This document shows, piece after piece, positions 36,489 to 48,708 of a DNA stretch of 64,000 bases (position 1 is its first letter; each line of letters starts with the position of its first letter). The notes beneath the pieces are model-generated. The model made no database searches, was not told the DNA's origin, and saw only the letters and a program-made list of their open reading frames with translations. The position numbers were made by a program, and so were the translations under genes. Source of the stretch: Psammoneis japonica. Lineage: Eukaryota. Location: positions 1-64,000 of the forward strand of contig QPGO01000050.1 in assembly GCA_008632985.1 (NCBI GenBank), in the 5' to 3' direction.

Positions 36489-37009
36489 TACGATTAACTT
36501 GTGGCGTGACGACAACGACGTGTCACAGTGCACTTTGCAACTTTGTGTGTTACTAACGTCGTAGGTCGCCTCTTCCTTCGCTTTTTGACGTGTTGCGATT
36601 GAAAGGTGGCGGACCAGATGATGTTCTTCGTTTCATGATGTGTGAGTGGTCGCGCAATGGTATTGTTCGCAAGACTGAGTCCGTATAATTGTTGCGTAGA
36701 ACCTACTATGAGTCGTGGAAAAATCTTGAATGCGTGGTGCACATGACACGTCAACGCAAGTACGGGAGGTTACATACGACAGCGTTTCTCGACGACTTGG
36801 AGAGCAGAAGCTTCAAGGTCACGTCAGTGTGGAATCATTGAAGATAGACATTTTCTAGTTTTAAGTCGAACAGATTGGGCTTTCTCTTTCCATTAAGTTT
36901 CGAAACGTCGTGCGTATCTTTCGGAATGACTCGTCTCAAAAAGACAACCGTCACAACAACACTGACGGCGGCGGTCGGCCACCTGCCCTTGGCCATCTGG
37001 TCCCCGTAT

Positions 37010-37290
37010 CTGTACTCTACTCTAGCTAGAGGCAGATAGATAGAGTAAGTTCCTAGTAGAGTACGTCGGTCGGGCTATGCGTTCGAGTGAATAATCAGTC
37101 CCTTGCTTGGTCCCCGACCTGACTCTCTCTGTTTATCTAATAGCGAGTTGAGCGCTACTCTCTAGAGTGTGGGTCAAATGCTGAAGCTCAGTAGACAGAA
37201 GCACTGCCGCATGTCTGTCAGAGCGATGGGGTTTTTTATAGAGAGCGTAGCACACCTAGTACTAGGACCAAAGTATGGAATCTTAATCTT
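37010..37290. repeat. CTAG/TAG-rich quasi-palindromic intergenic array
   Basis: tactctactctagctagag, cctagtagagtac, gctactctctagag, cctagtactagg. Confidence 0.6.
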
Positions 37291-37811
37291 CCGCACGGTG
37301 CTACTAGATTCTCAGCCCATAAGCTACCGGGTACACAATTCAGTACTTATCATCTACGCGCATGGGTTCTGGCATGGATGACGACGTCTCTACTTCAAAG
37401 AGAGGTTATTCATTCTGAATCCTAGACGAAGCTTGTACTCAAAGTTGCGAGGCTACCCGGAAAAGATGAGTTGAAGTCCTCGAAAAACTCCAAAAGGAAC
37501 CTACGCAGCATGAGCATAATGAACAAAAAGATGAAGGAAGATACAGCAGCGCCTTTTTGCGTCCTGCCATCATCATCTCACTAAACTTCCGCAGGACTCA
37601 AAAGTTCGGAGGGCTCTGATCACATGCACAGGAAATTGATTACGATGCGGTCGTGGCTTCTGTCATGTACCGCGATCATCATAATGATGTGAAGCTTGTG
37701 TAGTTCGTGAAGGCACAAACTAACCATTGCGTCGGTCAACAAACAGGGAATAGAAAGCATGGACAACAGCCTCCACCAATTGCCGAAAAGTCTCTTGATT
37801 TTGTGCTAACG

Positions 37812-38468
37812 TCAAGATAGAGCTCTTGCGCGAAACGTGCCAAATACTCTTTTCGGTTGTCTTTTCCACCACGACAAGCTCTGACGAGCATCTGCCTCCC
37901 ACGCGATTGTCCCGTGGGTCATTCGGGCAGGCTGCTTTTGGAAATACAAACTCTTTTGCTTTCGCTGTTGGGTCAATCTTTGAATAGGACCAGATAAATA
38001 TCGCCCCCAAACTTTGCAATATAGCTTCAGCGTCACACACTGCAGCTCCTCGTGTGTTTTCCCGTCCAGTTTAACACGAGGGTACGAAATCATTTCCAAC
38101 TGATCATACGAACGATCTGTGATGCAGTATGGATTCGACTTCATTTTCCATAACCCGTGAATACAAAGACGATCTTGTTCAAAATTGGAAGGAGGATGTG
38201 GTTCCAAGGAGAAGGTACCGTTGGGAAACACCGACATGTGACACGTCACCTTTGTTGCGAACCAAGACTTTGACTTTCTAGTTGATCTTGGGGATGACTT
38301 CTTCAAGGGAAATACCGCATCTAAGTTTGAACACTTTAACGTGACATCCCAGTCACCAATCACTTGTTGATACGAGTTCAACAGATGGCCGCTGCAGTAA
38401 CTAAGAATTGAAATGCCGCAAACAAGCGAGATCCAGAACGACGGTATTTTTGTTTTCCAACAAATCAT
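37812..38468 (-). CDS. Hypothetical protein with N-terminal hydrophobic segment
   Basis: Intact 218-aa ORF with a beta-strand-like pattern ('VIGDWDVTLKC', 'VFPNGTFSL', 'G.W....NPYCITDR.YD'); family not recognised. Confidence 0.6.
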   Translation of the reverse strand: MICWKTKIPSFWISLVCGISILSYCSGHLLNSYQQVIGDWDVTLKCSNLDAVFPLKKSSPRSTRKSKSWFATKVTCHMSVFPNGTFSLEPHPPSNFEQDRLCIHGLWKMKSNPYCITDRSYDQLEMISYPRVKLDGKTHEELQCVTLKLYCKVWGRYLSGPIQRLTQQRKQKSLYFQKQPARMTHGTIAWEADARQSLSWWKRQPKRVFGTFRARALS

Positions 38469-38766
38469 TGTTGACTGCTTTTGTTTCTGAGCTTATTGAT
38501 ATTATCGACGGTAGATCCGAGCTGCAGTAATGTTCCTAGCTAATGCGATAGATCTGGTCCGGTCGTTATTACTATCGGCCATCGGAAGGCGTCCGTGTTG
38601 CCTTCTGACACCATCATGGCCGCGACATGCTGAATGCGCTCTGCCGTTCGTGCGAGCTCGCGCAACGTCGGAGGGAAGATTGGCATTCCGAATTTTCTGC
38701 GTTGTTCTGCGTTCTGCGGCGCTGTAATTCTAACTTCCAACTACCGGCGAAACTTGTACTGTAACC

Positions 38767-40164
38767 ATGGATGACTCGTCGTCTTCTTTGTCCTTATCAG
38801 ACGAAGCTCTATCTGATATTCAAGTTGGTGATAGTCGCTTCCTGGGATTCGTCGAGCATGTCGACACTGAAGTCGAGGCGCATTCGTATCAGCAGTTTCT
38901 GAGAAAGGAATTCCCCGATGCTTCCCATTACGCGTATTGTTGGGTCCTCCCAACCCAACACCACGAAGGATCCGATGAAGATGGCGAACCAAAGGGGTCG
39001 ACTGGTTCGTTTTTGCTTCAAGAGCTCAAGTCAAGTATGGAAAACAACAATAGCAAAAGGAGCGGGCTAGTTCTGGTGGTGGTGCGATATTTTGGAGAGT
39101 TACTGTTAGGTGTCACGTGCGGTAGATTGTCTCAGTGCTATTCATGGGCGGCTCGACTCGCTTTGCATCGATTCTGGAATGATCTAGATGCCCCTCTGAT
39201 TTATGAGTATCCCGATACCAGCAAAAATCTGTATGGTTTGGGAGCTGGAGATTCTGAAGTCGTGTTGAATGTCGTGTCAGCCCTTGAAAGCGACAAGGAG
39301 GAATCGATTAGCCTCCTCACAAACGTATTGAAGGAAGTGGAGTTTGGAGGCTTTAAGGGATCAAAAGGCGAAGTGCTGCCGAGATTGCAGAATTTACAAG
39401 CCAACGTGGCTTCCGGATCCATCCCAGTTTATCGATATCCTGGCAACTATACAGGAGACGAATGGGAGACGTACAGTTGGAGCCCGACTTGCTGGAACAT
39501 CAAAAAGGCAGTAGAGGAAGCCTTGTTTGTCAAACAAGAAATGAATCACTGTGTTGTGAATCATTATCGAGATGGTAACGATTTCATCCAGCACCACAGT
39601 GACAAAGACTTGGATTTGAATCCACAAGGTGTCATCGTCTCAGTGAGTTTGGGTGACGTCCGAATGTTGGAGTTGAAACGCAGACAAGATCCTCATGACA
39701 TTACTCGTCTTGAGCTACCCCATGGCTCCATGTTGGTGTTGGGACCAAAGACCAACAAACAGTTTACTCATTCAATTCTAACGAAACCAGACAGCGACAA
39801 ACCCCGAGTCAGTCTGACGCTGCGAAACGTGACCACGTTTATGGATGTCAAAACGCAGCGACTGTTCGGTCAAGGTATTTCAGCAAAGTCCGCAAGAGAT
39901 GTTCAGGAGTTGGTTGAAAGAGAAAAGTTGTTGTGCCGAGTGGCTGGGTTTTGCTGCGCAACAACAGTGCTCTATCTTGTGGCGTCATCACGCGGACCCA
40001 CTACGAGAACAACAAAGTTCAATCTGACCTTGGTATGGATGCTTGGCACAGAAGGCCTTTCCCGCTCATTCCGATATGTTCGACACCAATGGTGCAAAGG
40101 AATGGAAGAACGGTCGGCGCGAGACTTCTTCTCAAAGGCATCCACCAGCGGAACAAAGTACTAG
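38767..40164 (+). CDS. IMPACT/YigZ (UPF0029) domain + AlkB-like 2OG-Fe(II) dioxygenase fusion with C-terminal hydrophobic segments
   Basis: N-terminus: 'SRFLG', 'ASHYAYCW', 'DEDGEPKGSTG', 'VVVRYFGELLLG'. C-terminal half: 'NHCVVNHYRDGNDFIQHHSD', 'IVSVSLG', 'LPHGSMLVLG', 'HSI', 'RVSLTLR'. Confidence 0.85.
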   Translation: MDDSSSSLSLSDEALSDIQVGDSRFLGFVEHVDTEVEAHSYQQFLRKEFPDASHYAYCWVLPTQHHEGSDEDGEPKGSTGSFLLQELKSSMENNNSKRSGLVLVVVRYFGELLLGVTCGRLSQCYSWAARLALHRFWNDLDAPLIYEYPDTSKNLYGLGAGDSEVVLNVVSALESDKEESISLLTNVLKEVEFGGFKGSKGEVLPRLQNLQANVASGSIPVYRYPGNYTGDEWETYSWSPTCWNIKKAVEEALFVKQEMNHCVVNHYRDGNDFIQHHSDKDLDLNPQGVIVSVSLGDVRMLELKRRQDPHDITRLELPHGSMLVLGPKTNKQFTHSILTKPDSDKPRVSLTLRNVTTFMDVKTQRLFGQGISAKSARDVQELVEREKLLCRVAGFCCATTVLYLVASSRGPTTRTTKFNLTLVWMLGTEGLSRSFRYVRHQWCKGMEERSARDFFSKASTSGTKY

Positions 40165-40279
40165 AGAAAGAGAATGCAAGAGTTGTTAGAAAGAACTAGC
40201 TTTCGAATAGAGAGATTACACAGAGAGTTACATCGAGAGACGATTGACAACTTACGTTGTTCTATTGGAGACCAGCTGC

Positions 40280-40385
40280 CATACCTCTCTCTAGAGTAGA
40301 GTCTACTAGATAGAGAGTACTACTAGAGAGTATATACGGTAGAGAATAGAGAGCAAATACCGGTACCGGTACATACTACTGATTG
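40280..40385. repeat. CTAG/TAG-rich quasi-palindromic intergenic array
   Basis: ctctctctagagtagagtctactagatagagagtactactagagagta, followed by taccggtaccggta. Confidence 0.7.
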
Positions 40386-40897
40386 TTTGACCGCTGAAAT
40401 AGAACTGCCTCGGTCTCTAGTAAAAGCAGTCATTGTCGGACAACACCCTGATTACAGCTGGCATTGTTGGGCAATTAAATGAAGCTTAAATGCAAATCTA
40501 TAGACATTTCAATATGCGCTATCAATGCCTATGCCTACCGATGGGCTTTCTTATCTGACGACATCTTCTAAAATTTTGTTACATATAAAGGTAAATATCG
40601 CCAATACAGTATCCAATGTATCAATGTATATCATGTATATCGAACATAAAAACTTGTTAAATAAAAATAGAAGGCGAGAAACAAAGGATTTCTTGTCGTG
40701 GTCGTGAAAAGCACTTTTTAACAGCTCGTGACTCGACTCGTCAGCAACAACTGCAACCATGGCATGGGATCGCCCGGTCATGCGGAAGCCACGTAGAAAA
40801 TGTACTAAGGGTTACGTAGCAAATAGCGAATAAGCGACCGGCAAACGAGTCACGACACAAAAAAGGAATCATCATCGAGAGTCACTTTCCATCCACC

Positions 40898-42330
40898 ATG
40901 CCGAACCAGGCGCAGCAGCTGACTGGCATCGAGAAGCCTCACGATCATGATGTGTTATCAGGAAGAGGTAACTTTGTAAACTACCACCCGGGGAACGAGC
41001 ATTTCCGTTCCATCGTGCGTAAGCATAAAGTTGAGTATGTTGCATGCCCGAAGCCTCAAAAATCCAGGTTCTCAAAGCTCATTGTCAATGAGATTAAGAG
41101 CCTGGATCCCCCCGGTCGATTCCTAAAGCAAGATCCTAAAACAAAACTGTGGTATGATATCGGGGAGAAGAAGGCTCTGGATAAAACAAGACAAGCCTTG
41201 AGAGAAGGAGCACCGGAACTTTTGAAGGAGCTGCGCCCATCAGACGACGAGGCGAGCGAAGAATTCACGTGTACGGAGAAATCAGTACAAAATGTACGTG
41301 GCGAATCTTCACACTTTTTTTTCTGTGGAACGGTGTGTTTATAACACTCTCTCTGTTCTGAAAACATGTGTCCTCACCATGTCATGATTATATTTCCTTT
41401 GTAACTCCTCTTGCGCTACAGGAACGATTTGACTTGGCGGGAGGCGTCGCGAGGTTGAACGTTGATGGTGGCCTTCCTTATCATAACATGACGACTCACT
41501 CCTCCAACCCACATGCTCGTCCAGACTCACAATTATCTTCGGCCCACAGTGTGAATGCCCATGTTCCCGTTTCACATCCTGGTCGAGTCACTTCTGCAGC
41601 GATACCCGCGCACGCATCTCTCAACCACTCTAATCAAGCGAACGAACCTGTTGTCGCAGCAGCTACTCAGAATCTCAATGATCTCCACCAGCAGCTGGCG
41701 ACATCGTACAATGTGAATCAACTTGAGCCGACGCCCATGAATCCTAATCTAACCTTTCAAATTCAAGAGGCTCAAGCTCAACTAGATGCGCTCCAACAAC
41801 AGATACAACGACAGCAATTGCAGCTTCAATCACAGGGCACGGGTTCCGGCGGAGATGCACAGGGAGCTGCCGCAGCACCACAGCCAGAACTTCATCGTGA
41901 TGATAGTTTGAAATTCGATGATGTGTTTGAAGAAACAGCTCAAAAGAAGAAGGAAGAGAAAAGAAGCTCTCGTGATGGACATGACTCTTCAGCTATGTCG
42001 GGTATGAGCTTCTCTGTTGGCGACATGACCGTTTCAGAGGAGAGCGTCCTCAGTGCTGTGTTTGAGGACTCTGTAAGAATATCGGGTGGGCCGTCTCGAG
42101 CTGGGCACAAAGAAACCGATGGGTCGAAAAAGGGAACAGCGTCGTCAGGAACAAAGCCGCCATCAAATAAGAGCGTACTGGATAGATCGTTGATGATGGA
42201 TAGTTTTGAAATGAGTACGACAACTTTTGCACCGGGGGAGTCTCAAGCGTTTGGGAACAGTACGATGCAGATGTCATTCACAAAGGTGTTTGAAGAATCT
42301 GCAACCGACTTTAATTCAAAGAATAAGTGA
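40898..42330 (+). CDS. DUF6824-type (diatom-expanded) domain protein with Q-rich tail
   Basis: 'HDVLSGRGNFVNYHPGNEHFR...GRFLK...WYDIGEKKALDKTRQALRE'. Frame-preserving GT-AG intron at 41294-41421. Confidence 0.8.
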
Positions 42331-43001
42331 TGGGGTTATGAAGCAGTCTCTTAATTGAGCTATGTTCCGAAGTGCCGCAAGCGTTGTCAATGGGACAAAG
42401 TCTCGTACGGGAAATGTCGTTGCGCCTTGTTCTCGGACGTGATAAATTATTTCAGCAGCTTTCCGAATTCTTCAATGTTGAGTGGGTTGAATAATTTATG
42501 AGGGACCTTTCTCTACCAAGGTTATGCTACGATTGTCGAAGAAAGAAACTATTGTAAAGATTGTTGTGCGTAATAAGGTATCGTTGGATGTTGTGAGCCT
42601 ACTCTATTTTTCCAAGAGCAGGTAGGTAGTGATAAGCAGCGTGCCAGACCTACACTCTTACCAGTAGTTATTGATACCCGTATGTACTTGGATTGGAGTG
42701 CATCTGCAGTACAGTGCAAGACGGATTGAGGCTCACTAGGTCTAGGGCCCGCCCATGGTGCAATCCTCTTTCGAACAAACACAACACTACAATGTGATGG
42801 GAGCGAGCAGAGAGTTCCCGATCGTGTATCGGATCTGTTCCAATTGATAAAATATTATTCATATATTAGCTTAGTATTTCTCTAATAAGCATCCTCGTTG
42901 ACATATATATTGAATCTTGGGAAGGTGGCATTTTGAAATTTTTGGCGCCGCTCGGGTGAACTCACAACGGTATTTGCGAGAAGAGAGAGAGGGAAACAAA
43001 G

Positions 43002-44396
43002 ATGGAGGCAGAGAAAGAACAATACTTTCAATCAATGAGCGGCGAAAAAACAATACAGCCAACTGCTATGGGTAATGGCTTAGAAGCCCAAAGCATGAAA
43101 TCGTTAAACGTTGAAGCAAAGCAGAGCTCTGAAGAAGCCATGGAAGTTGCGCTAAAAACGTTGGACGAAAAACGCAGAAGTCTACGACAGAAGCGTGCTG
43201 ACCTCGAAAGAAGATTATCAGATTTTGTTCAGAACGAACATGAGGCTGCTAAAGAAGAAAACAATAAGGATAAGACCGTGATTGATAACGATGGTTTCAT
43301 AATTCCCGTTCCATCGGGTGAATGCACGGAAACTGATGTCAGCTCGATTGAAGATTCTTTTCAAAGAGACGGAAGGAGTGTACCGCAAGTGACACCACCT
43401 TCGAACCAGCGATACGCGAAGAAAATTGTTCTATCCAGCAAGGATTACACAGGTGATGTCGATAGCAGTGGTCAGCCACACGGATACGGGGTTCTGACAT
43501 CGAAAAACGGTTCATGCTATCGTGGTTATTGGAAACGTGGAAAGAAAGAAGGAGGTGGGAGGCAATCATGGGCTGATGGACGAACCTACATTGGAGAGTT
43601 CAAGCAAGATGAGATCGATGGGAGAGGGCTCTTTTGTTGGGCGAATGGGTCGACGTATGAAGGAGAATGCAGAGCAGGGAAGAGACATGGCGTCGGCACC
43701 CAATCTTGGGCCGATGGAAAAACATATAAGGGAAACTTCGTTGAAGGCGTGAGACATGGAATGGGAGTTTTGACTTCGCCTTGCGGGAAGCGCTATGAAG
43801 GCGAATTTCGACACGGCCTAAAGGAGGGGAAAGGCAAAAAGACGTGGAAGGATGGATCCGTCCACATCGGAGAATGGGAACGGGATAAATGCGATGGTGA
43901 AGGGAAGAGAATTTGGGCAAATTGTGACCGCTACAACGGACAATGGGCTAACGGATTGATGCATGGCTTTGGCGAGTATTTGTGGCATAACGGCAACAGG
44001 TATGTCGGGGGGTGGTCAAAGGGAAAGAAGCATGGTCGTGGCGCCTTCTACTGGAGTAACGGGAAACGCTACGAAGGGGAATATAGAGATGGATTTAAGC
44101 ATGGATACGGTGTTTGCTTGTGGCCAGACGGAAAGAGGTACTGTGGCGGATGGCGGCGAGGAGAGAGACATGGTCCTGGAATTCAGAGTTTGGAGGACGG
44201 TGTGTCGACTATTTGCTCTCCTCTTTTCCCTTACTCCCATCCCAACGTTGATTTCTCACATTGTGGTCTTTTCCATGTATTTGCACTCTAGGTACAATCG
44301 AGCATTGTGGCGAATGGAGGCGTGATAGACCCCTTGATGGGCCGTCAGACTGGGCATCATTGGCAGGGATTGGGAATGGTCCTGCGACATCAGTAA
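43002..44396 (+). CDS. MORN-repeat protein
   Basis: About 11 'YxGxWxxGxxHGxGxxxWxDG' repeats after an N-terminal coiled coil. Predicted intron ~44200-44291, stop at 44394-44396. Confidence 0.88.
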
Positions 44397-45121
44397 TGAT
44401 CTAAGTAGAGTGAAGGGCCGCACGATTGTAGCAGCGAAAAAAAAACGAAAGAGGCATGATAATAACAGAAGCAAAACCCGCTGACTGAGTGGTGTGCTTG
44501 GGTCTCCATGATTCATAATTATCTGTACAGCACACGTACTGAATTTTAAAAGAGATATTGTAGCCAGAAAGTTAAGTCGTTCGTTCAGCTGAAGTAGTGA
44601 GTGAAAAGTCTATTTTCGTTATGCACCGAATTCATCCTTTCACTTGCCTGCCAGCGCTGATTTGACTCCACTACTTTTGTCTCGGTGTTGCCGGGCATTG
44701 TGGCGAAAGGACAGGTTGAACAACAAGCTCCTGTGACATCGGCGGTGATCCACCACAACGAGATTCTACGCTGGCGTACGAGTAGACGAGAAGGACACAA
44801 ATGATAACAGAAACAAAACCGCAGACAGAGTGGTACGTTTGTTCACCACGAGTCGTAGCGACGTACAGCTGGTGAAGCAACTTGAAACTACTGTTTTCTC
44901 AACGAACAACGTTTTCAGATCGGCATGCGATGTTTCAACTATGGCTTTCGTTTGCTCCACTTTTTTGTCCTGCTTCTACCAGTTCTCTCTATCGAGCCAA
45001 CCATACGATATCCTTCTTTTTGTATATACCCCATTCATTTTACCATAGGAGATCAAAGCCACATAATACAAAAACTACTGGGGATCGGCGCACTGGATGT
45101 TGTCTGCATGAAACTTTTTCT

Positions 45122-45849
45122 TTACAAGTCTGGGATTTGAATGATAGGACTATTCAACAGTTCAGGAAATTGTGTTGCGATGGTGGCGAGAACTACAATC
45201 GCCACAGAAATGATACCGATCCAGTTTTGTTTGTAAGGCGCTACAATTTCTTGCTTCAACTTTTGTTTAGGAATTTCGCCCTCCATAGCCTAAAGAGTTG
45301 AGACACAGCAAATCAAGCGAAGGCCTTCAGAAAAAGCTCAATGGCGCCAGAAAAAAGTCGTCGCCGTTCAGCTTACCTTTCGATTCTTGATGGCTTGTTC
45401 TCGTTCCATAGACTGCTTCAACTCGTCTTCGTCAATCCAATAATCTTGACCAGCCTCCACAGATTTAGAAGCTACAATAGGACGGCTTTCTGCAGATTCC
45501 CAAGGGAAATCGTCAGCCTTTATGATGTATTTATCCTTGTCGCGACGATTTCTTCTCTGTAATTTATTAAAAGGCATAGCACGCAAACGAGAAATATTAG
45601 CAAAAAATGAGCTCCGAAGCAACATCAAGAAGAAAATCCTTCTCGTACCTTCTTGAGGTTCCTCCTGGGTTGGCGTTTGTTAGGGGTGGAGAAAAGTTCT
45701 GTGCGGGTAGCTATGCCGGTTACCAACGCCTTCCGAGTAAAGAAAAGAGAGGGAGCATTGAAGGAACTCACAAGGCAAACGTGAGCGACCATTAAGGCGC
45801 AAAAGAATTGTCGCTGAGATAATGATGATACGAGTTGACTGTGCCACAT
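45122..45849 (-). CDS. Conserved hypothetical plastid-targeted membrane protein (3 exons)
   Basis: Presequence with 'VSSF'. GT-AG introns at 45557-45648 and 45290-45376. C-terminus 'KLKQEIVAPYKQNWIGIISVAIVVLATIATQFPELL..PIIQIPDL*'. Confidence 0.7.
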
Positions 45850-46114
45850 TTTTCCAAGCTCAACAAAGTTTCAACGAAGAAAGGAGATTCTGAATTACGC
45901 TGGAGGCAAGTGGATATGCATCTGCGTCGCCAGGAACGCGACCTGAGAATAGAACTGCTTGTACCCTAGTTATACTGTAATAGCTTCCGGCAGTCACGGT
46001 AGCCTGTAGCCTGTCGAGTGTCAGGAAGTGCAGCGCGATGCGATGACGTGGTTTATTGTGCGCCTTGCCGCGCCGCCGCCCGCCGCCGCACTGAGCACCG
46101 ATGTGGATGAAAGG

Positions 46115-46262
46115 GAACTCTCTACTTAGCTACTCTAGAGTAGCTACTCTAGAGTAGGAGTACTCTCTCTCTAGCTAGCTAGAGAGAGAGTGCTACTACT
46201 AGCTACTAGTAATAGCTAAGAGAGGGTCCTAGCTAGAAAACCGAAAACCTCACTCTAGAGAG
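46115..46262. repeat. CTAG/TAG-rich palindromic intergenic array
   Basis: Perfect palindromes agctactctagagtagct and actctctctctagctagctagagagagagt. Confidence 0.8.
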
Positions 46263-46413
46263 ATTCAGTTTATCCTCCAATGATATCTGGCGCTACAATA
46301 CTCTGTACAGTAGAGAAGGAAAAGAACCTATTCGTTAGATCAGAACGAGACTTTGATTTCGCTGTGCTAATGAATAGCGCCATCTCATGGCGGACATTCT
46401 CTCATCATTCTTT

Positions 46414-48300
46414 TCATTCCTCCATAATGACGATTTCGTCATCTTCATCTTGTTCGTCGTTCCCTAACTTGAACGTTGACGATTCTTGGTTTTCACCTGT
46501 AGCATGCATCATGACTTGGTCCCAGAAATGTGCTACACCTTTGGCTTCCAAAACTTTGCGTGCCATGCCGGCAGTTTCACAGGATTGAAACACGAAAGTC
46601 GAGAACATCCGTTTCGAAGCCATTCCCGTCCATACGAGTTCACACTTATTGTCCGGATTAAACTTACGACTTGTCGTTTCGCCATCTTCATTGACTTCGT
46701 CTTGTTCCTCCAGCTCTTCGAGCCCTTCCCCAGTCCAATTCATTCGGACCATCATGAGTCGAGTGTATCGCTTGATCGCTTTGGGCCCGCCCTCGCAGAT
46801 GACACAAGCCAGTGACGGGCTTTTGCATTCCAAGACACCGCCCGTGATGTAATTTTGCTGAGCGTTCAAATCAACCTTGGTCCGATGGTATGTATGCCCC
46901 ATGTCTTTGACGTAAAAGATCGCTACAGATACCGATTGGGACGTATCTTCCGTGAGCTTGTTAATTTTCTTCTCCCGTCGCTGTTCTTTGGTGAGCTTAC
47001 GTTCCTCGTTTCTCTGCATGTGTGCCCGTTGTCTCGCTTGGATTTGCTCCACGACCTTTTGTTCCATTTGACTTGGATCCAACACTGCTTGGTCTCCCAG
47101 GACTTGGATGAAATTCTTGAGAGTCAAGCGAGGCTCTGGCGCTGGAATAAGTCCCACCGCTTGCATATCTTGAATCTTACGCTGCTTCTCCTCCCGTCGC
47201 TTTTTGCGCTGTCGCTTAAGTTCCCGCTTGGTCAGGTGCAGGGTCGGCTGTTTTGCTGGGCCATCCACAGCACCTGGCGGCTTGATGGGTACAATGTGTT
47301 GAACCAAGGTGCATGTCTTCGAGTGCGATAGTGACGCCTGATCCCAACACTGCTTGTCTAGTTGCTGTAGCTTGTTTTCTTCTAGTTTTGACTCGTCTTC
47401 GTGTTCTGTTTTGTTGCTAGCGTCTAGTTGTTGCAATTGCGCTTGCGTCTGCTTCGATAAAGCTACTCCTTCTTGCGCAGCTACGGCCTTTTTCAATCTA
47501 CTGGGTAAGAGCTCCATATCCCACCACTCCATCACTAGTGGCATGTGGGTCTTGTCCGAAGCTTCTACCCGGGGCGGTAAGGATGTGTCTTGCTGCGTCC
47601 CTGTCGTTCCATACACACTAGCCATGCCCGTTGATTCCACATACATTCCTGCTTTGCGTCCGCTAACAAAACCGGATTGAGTTGCGTTCGCAGCACGCTG
47701 TCGCTTCCGCTCTGCTAATTCAACAAAGGTACCGGGCTCCACAAATACCATGGCCTTGTGCTGCTTCCGTGGTTTACTTGCGCGCACCAGTCTCTCATCG
47801 ACGTCTTCCTGCGGAGTGCTACTTGTCGTTGCTAATTTCTTATGATTCTTTGCCGATTTAGTCGCTTGTTTCTCTTCCTCTTGTTCCTCTTGATGAGCCA
47901 AGTAAGGATTGGATGGTTTCTGCTTTTTCTGTGGCTTCAATATTGGCTTGGTGGTGGTAAAAGTTGGACCTGTAGTCGACATATCTAGCTCATAATGCTT
48001 GGCTCGTTTCACTGGCGGCTGAGCGACATCATCATTAGTTCGCTTGGGCGGAGCTACTCCGGCTGACTGACCCTTTAGAGCTGCCAATTTAGCCCTGATG
48101 CTTTCTTGTAATGCCAGAGCTTTGGCCTTTGGGTCTACCGCAGCCGTAGCAGTGGCAGAAGCAGCTACAGGAGCTTGCGCTGCTTGTGGAGGAGCGTCGC
48201 CCCATCGCTTTCGTTTTCGCCGCTTCTGCTTATCGCTTTTACTCGGATCGCCCGATTCTTCTGCTGGCGGTTTTGCAGGCTCCTCTGCGTGTGCCATCAT
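46414..48300 (-). CDS. PRP3: U4/U6 snRNP protein PRP3
   Basis: 'FVEPGTF', 'EWWDMELL', 'LVQHIVPIKPP', 'LTKRELKRQRK.RR', 'GLIPAPEPRLTLKNF..VL', 'KVDLNAQQNYITG', 'EGGPKAIKRYTRLM..RMNW', 'NKCELVWTG', 'HFWD'. Confidence 0.95.
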   Translation of the reverse strand: MMAHAEEPAKPPAEESGDPSKSDKQKRRKRKRWGDAPPQAAQAPVAASATATAAVDPKAKALALQESIRAKLAALKGQSAGVAPPKRTNDDVAQPPVKRAKHYELDMSTTGPTFTTTKPILKPQKKQKPSNPYLAHQEEQEEEKQATKSAKNHKKLATTSSTPQEDVDERLVRASKPRKQHKAMVFVEPGTFVELAERKRQRAANATQSGFVSGRKAGMYVESTGMASVYGTTGTQQDTSLPPRVEASDKTHMPLVMEWWDMELLPSRLKKAVAAQEGVALSKQTQAQLQQLDASNKTEHEDESKLEENKLQQLDKQCWDQASLSHSKTCTLVQHIVPIKPPGAVDGPAKQPTLHLTKRELKRQRKKRREEKQRKIQDMQAVGLIPAPEPRLTLKNFIQVLGDQAVLDPSQMEQKVVEQIQARQRAHMQRNEERKLTKEQRREKKINKLTEDTSQSVSVAIFYVKDMGHTYHRTKVDLNAQQNYITGGVLECKSPSLACVICEGGPKAIKRYTRLMMVRMNWTGEGLEELEEQDEVNEDGETTSRKFNPDNKCELVWTGMASKRMFSTFVFQSCETAGMARKVLEAKGVAHFWDQVMMHATGENQESSTFKLGNDEQDEDDEIVIMEE

Positions 48301-48708
48301 GTTGTTGAGTATGGTGTTGTTGTGTTGGGTGACTGTGAATGCAACTTCCCGACGATTCGTTGTTCATGGTGACGGTGTGCTGTCGCGCTGAGAGATGTCG
48401 CTGCGATCTCGTCCCGTTGAAGCGCAGACGGAGTTTTCGCTTTTCTCCCTCTTTTTGGATTTTTCACATTTTTAGATATTTCTGACATTTTGATTCACAA
48501 AAGGAGCTAATGCGAAGAAGGGTGTTCATCAATTAGAAGTAGGGCTAGCGCCGAAGAATCGTGGTGAACAGCCTCTTACTCTAGTTAGTTGTCAAGAAAA
48601 CAGGAGATGAGAGAGCCAGTCGAACGGCATGAATCTTTTACATGGCCACGTCGTTGTGCTTTAACTTATTTCTTTCCTCTGGAGCGAGTCCACAATTTGG
48701 ATAAGTGC

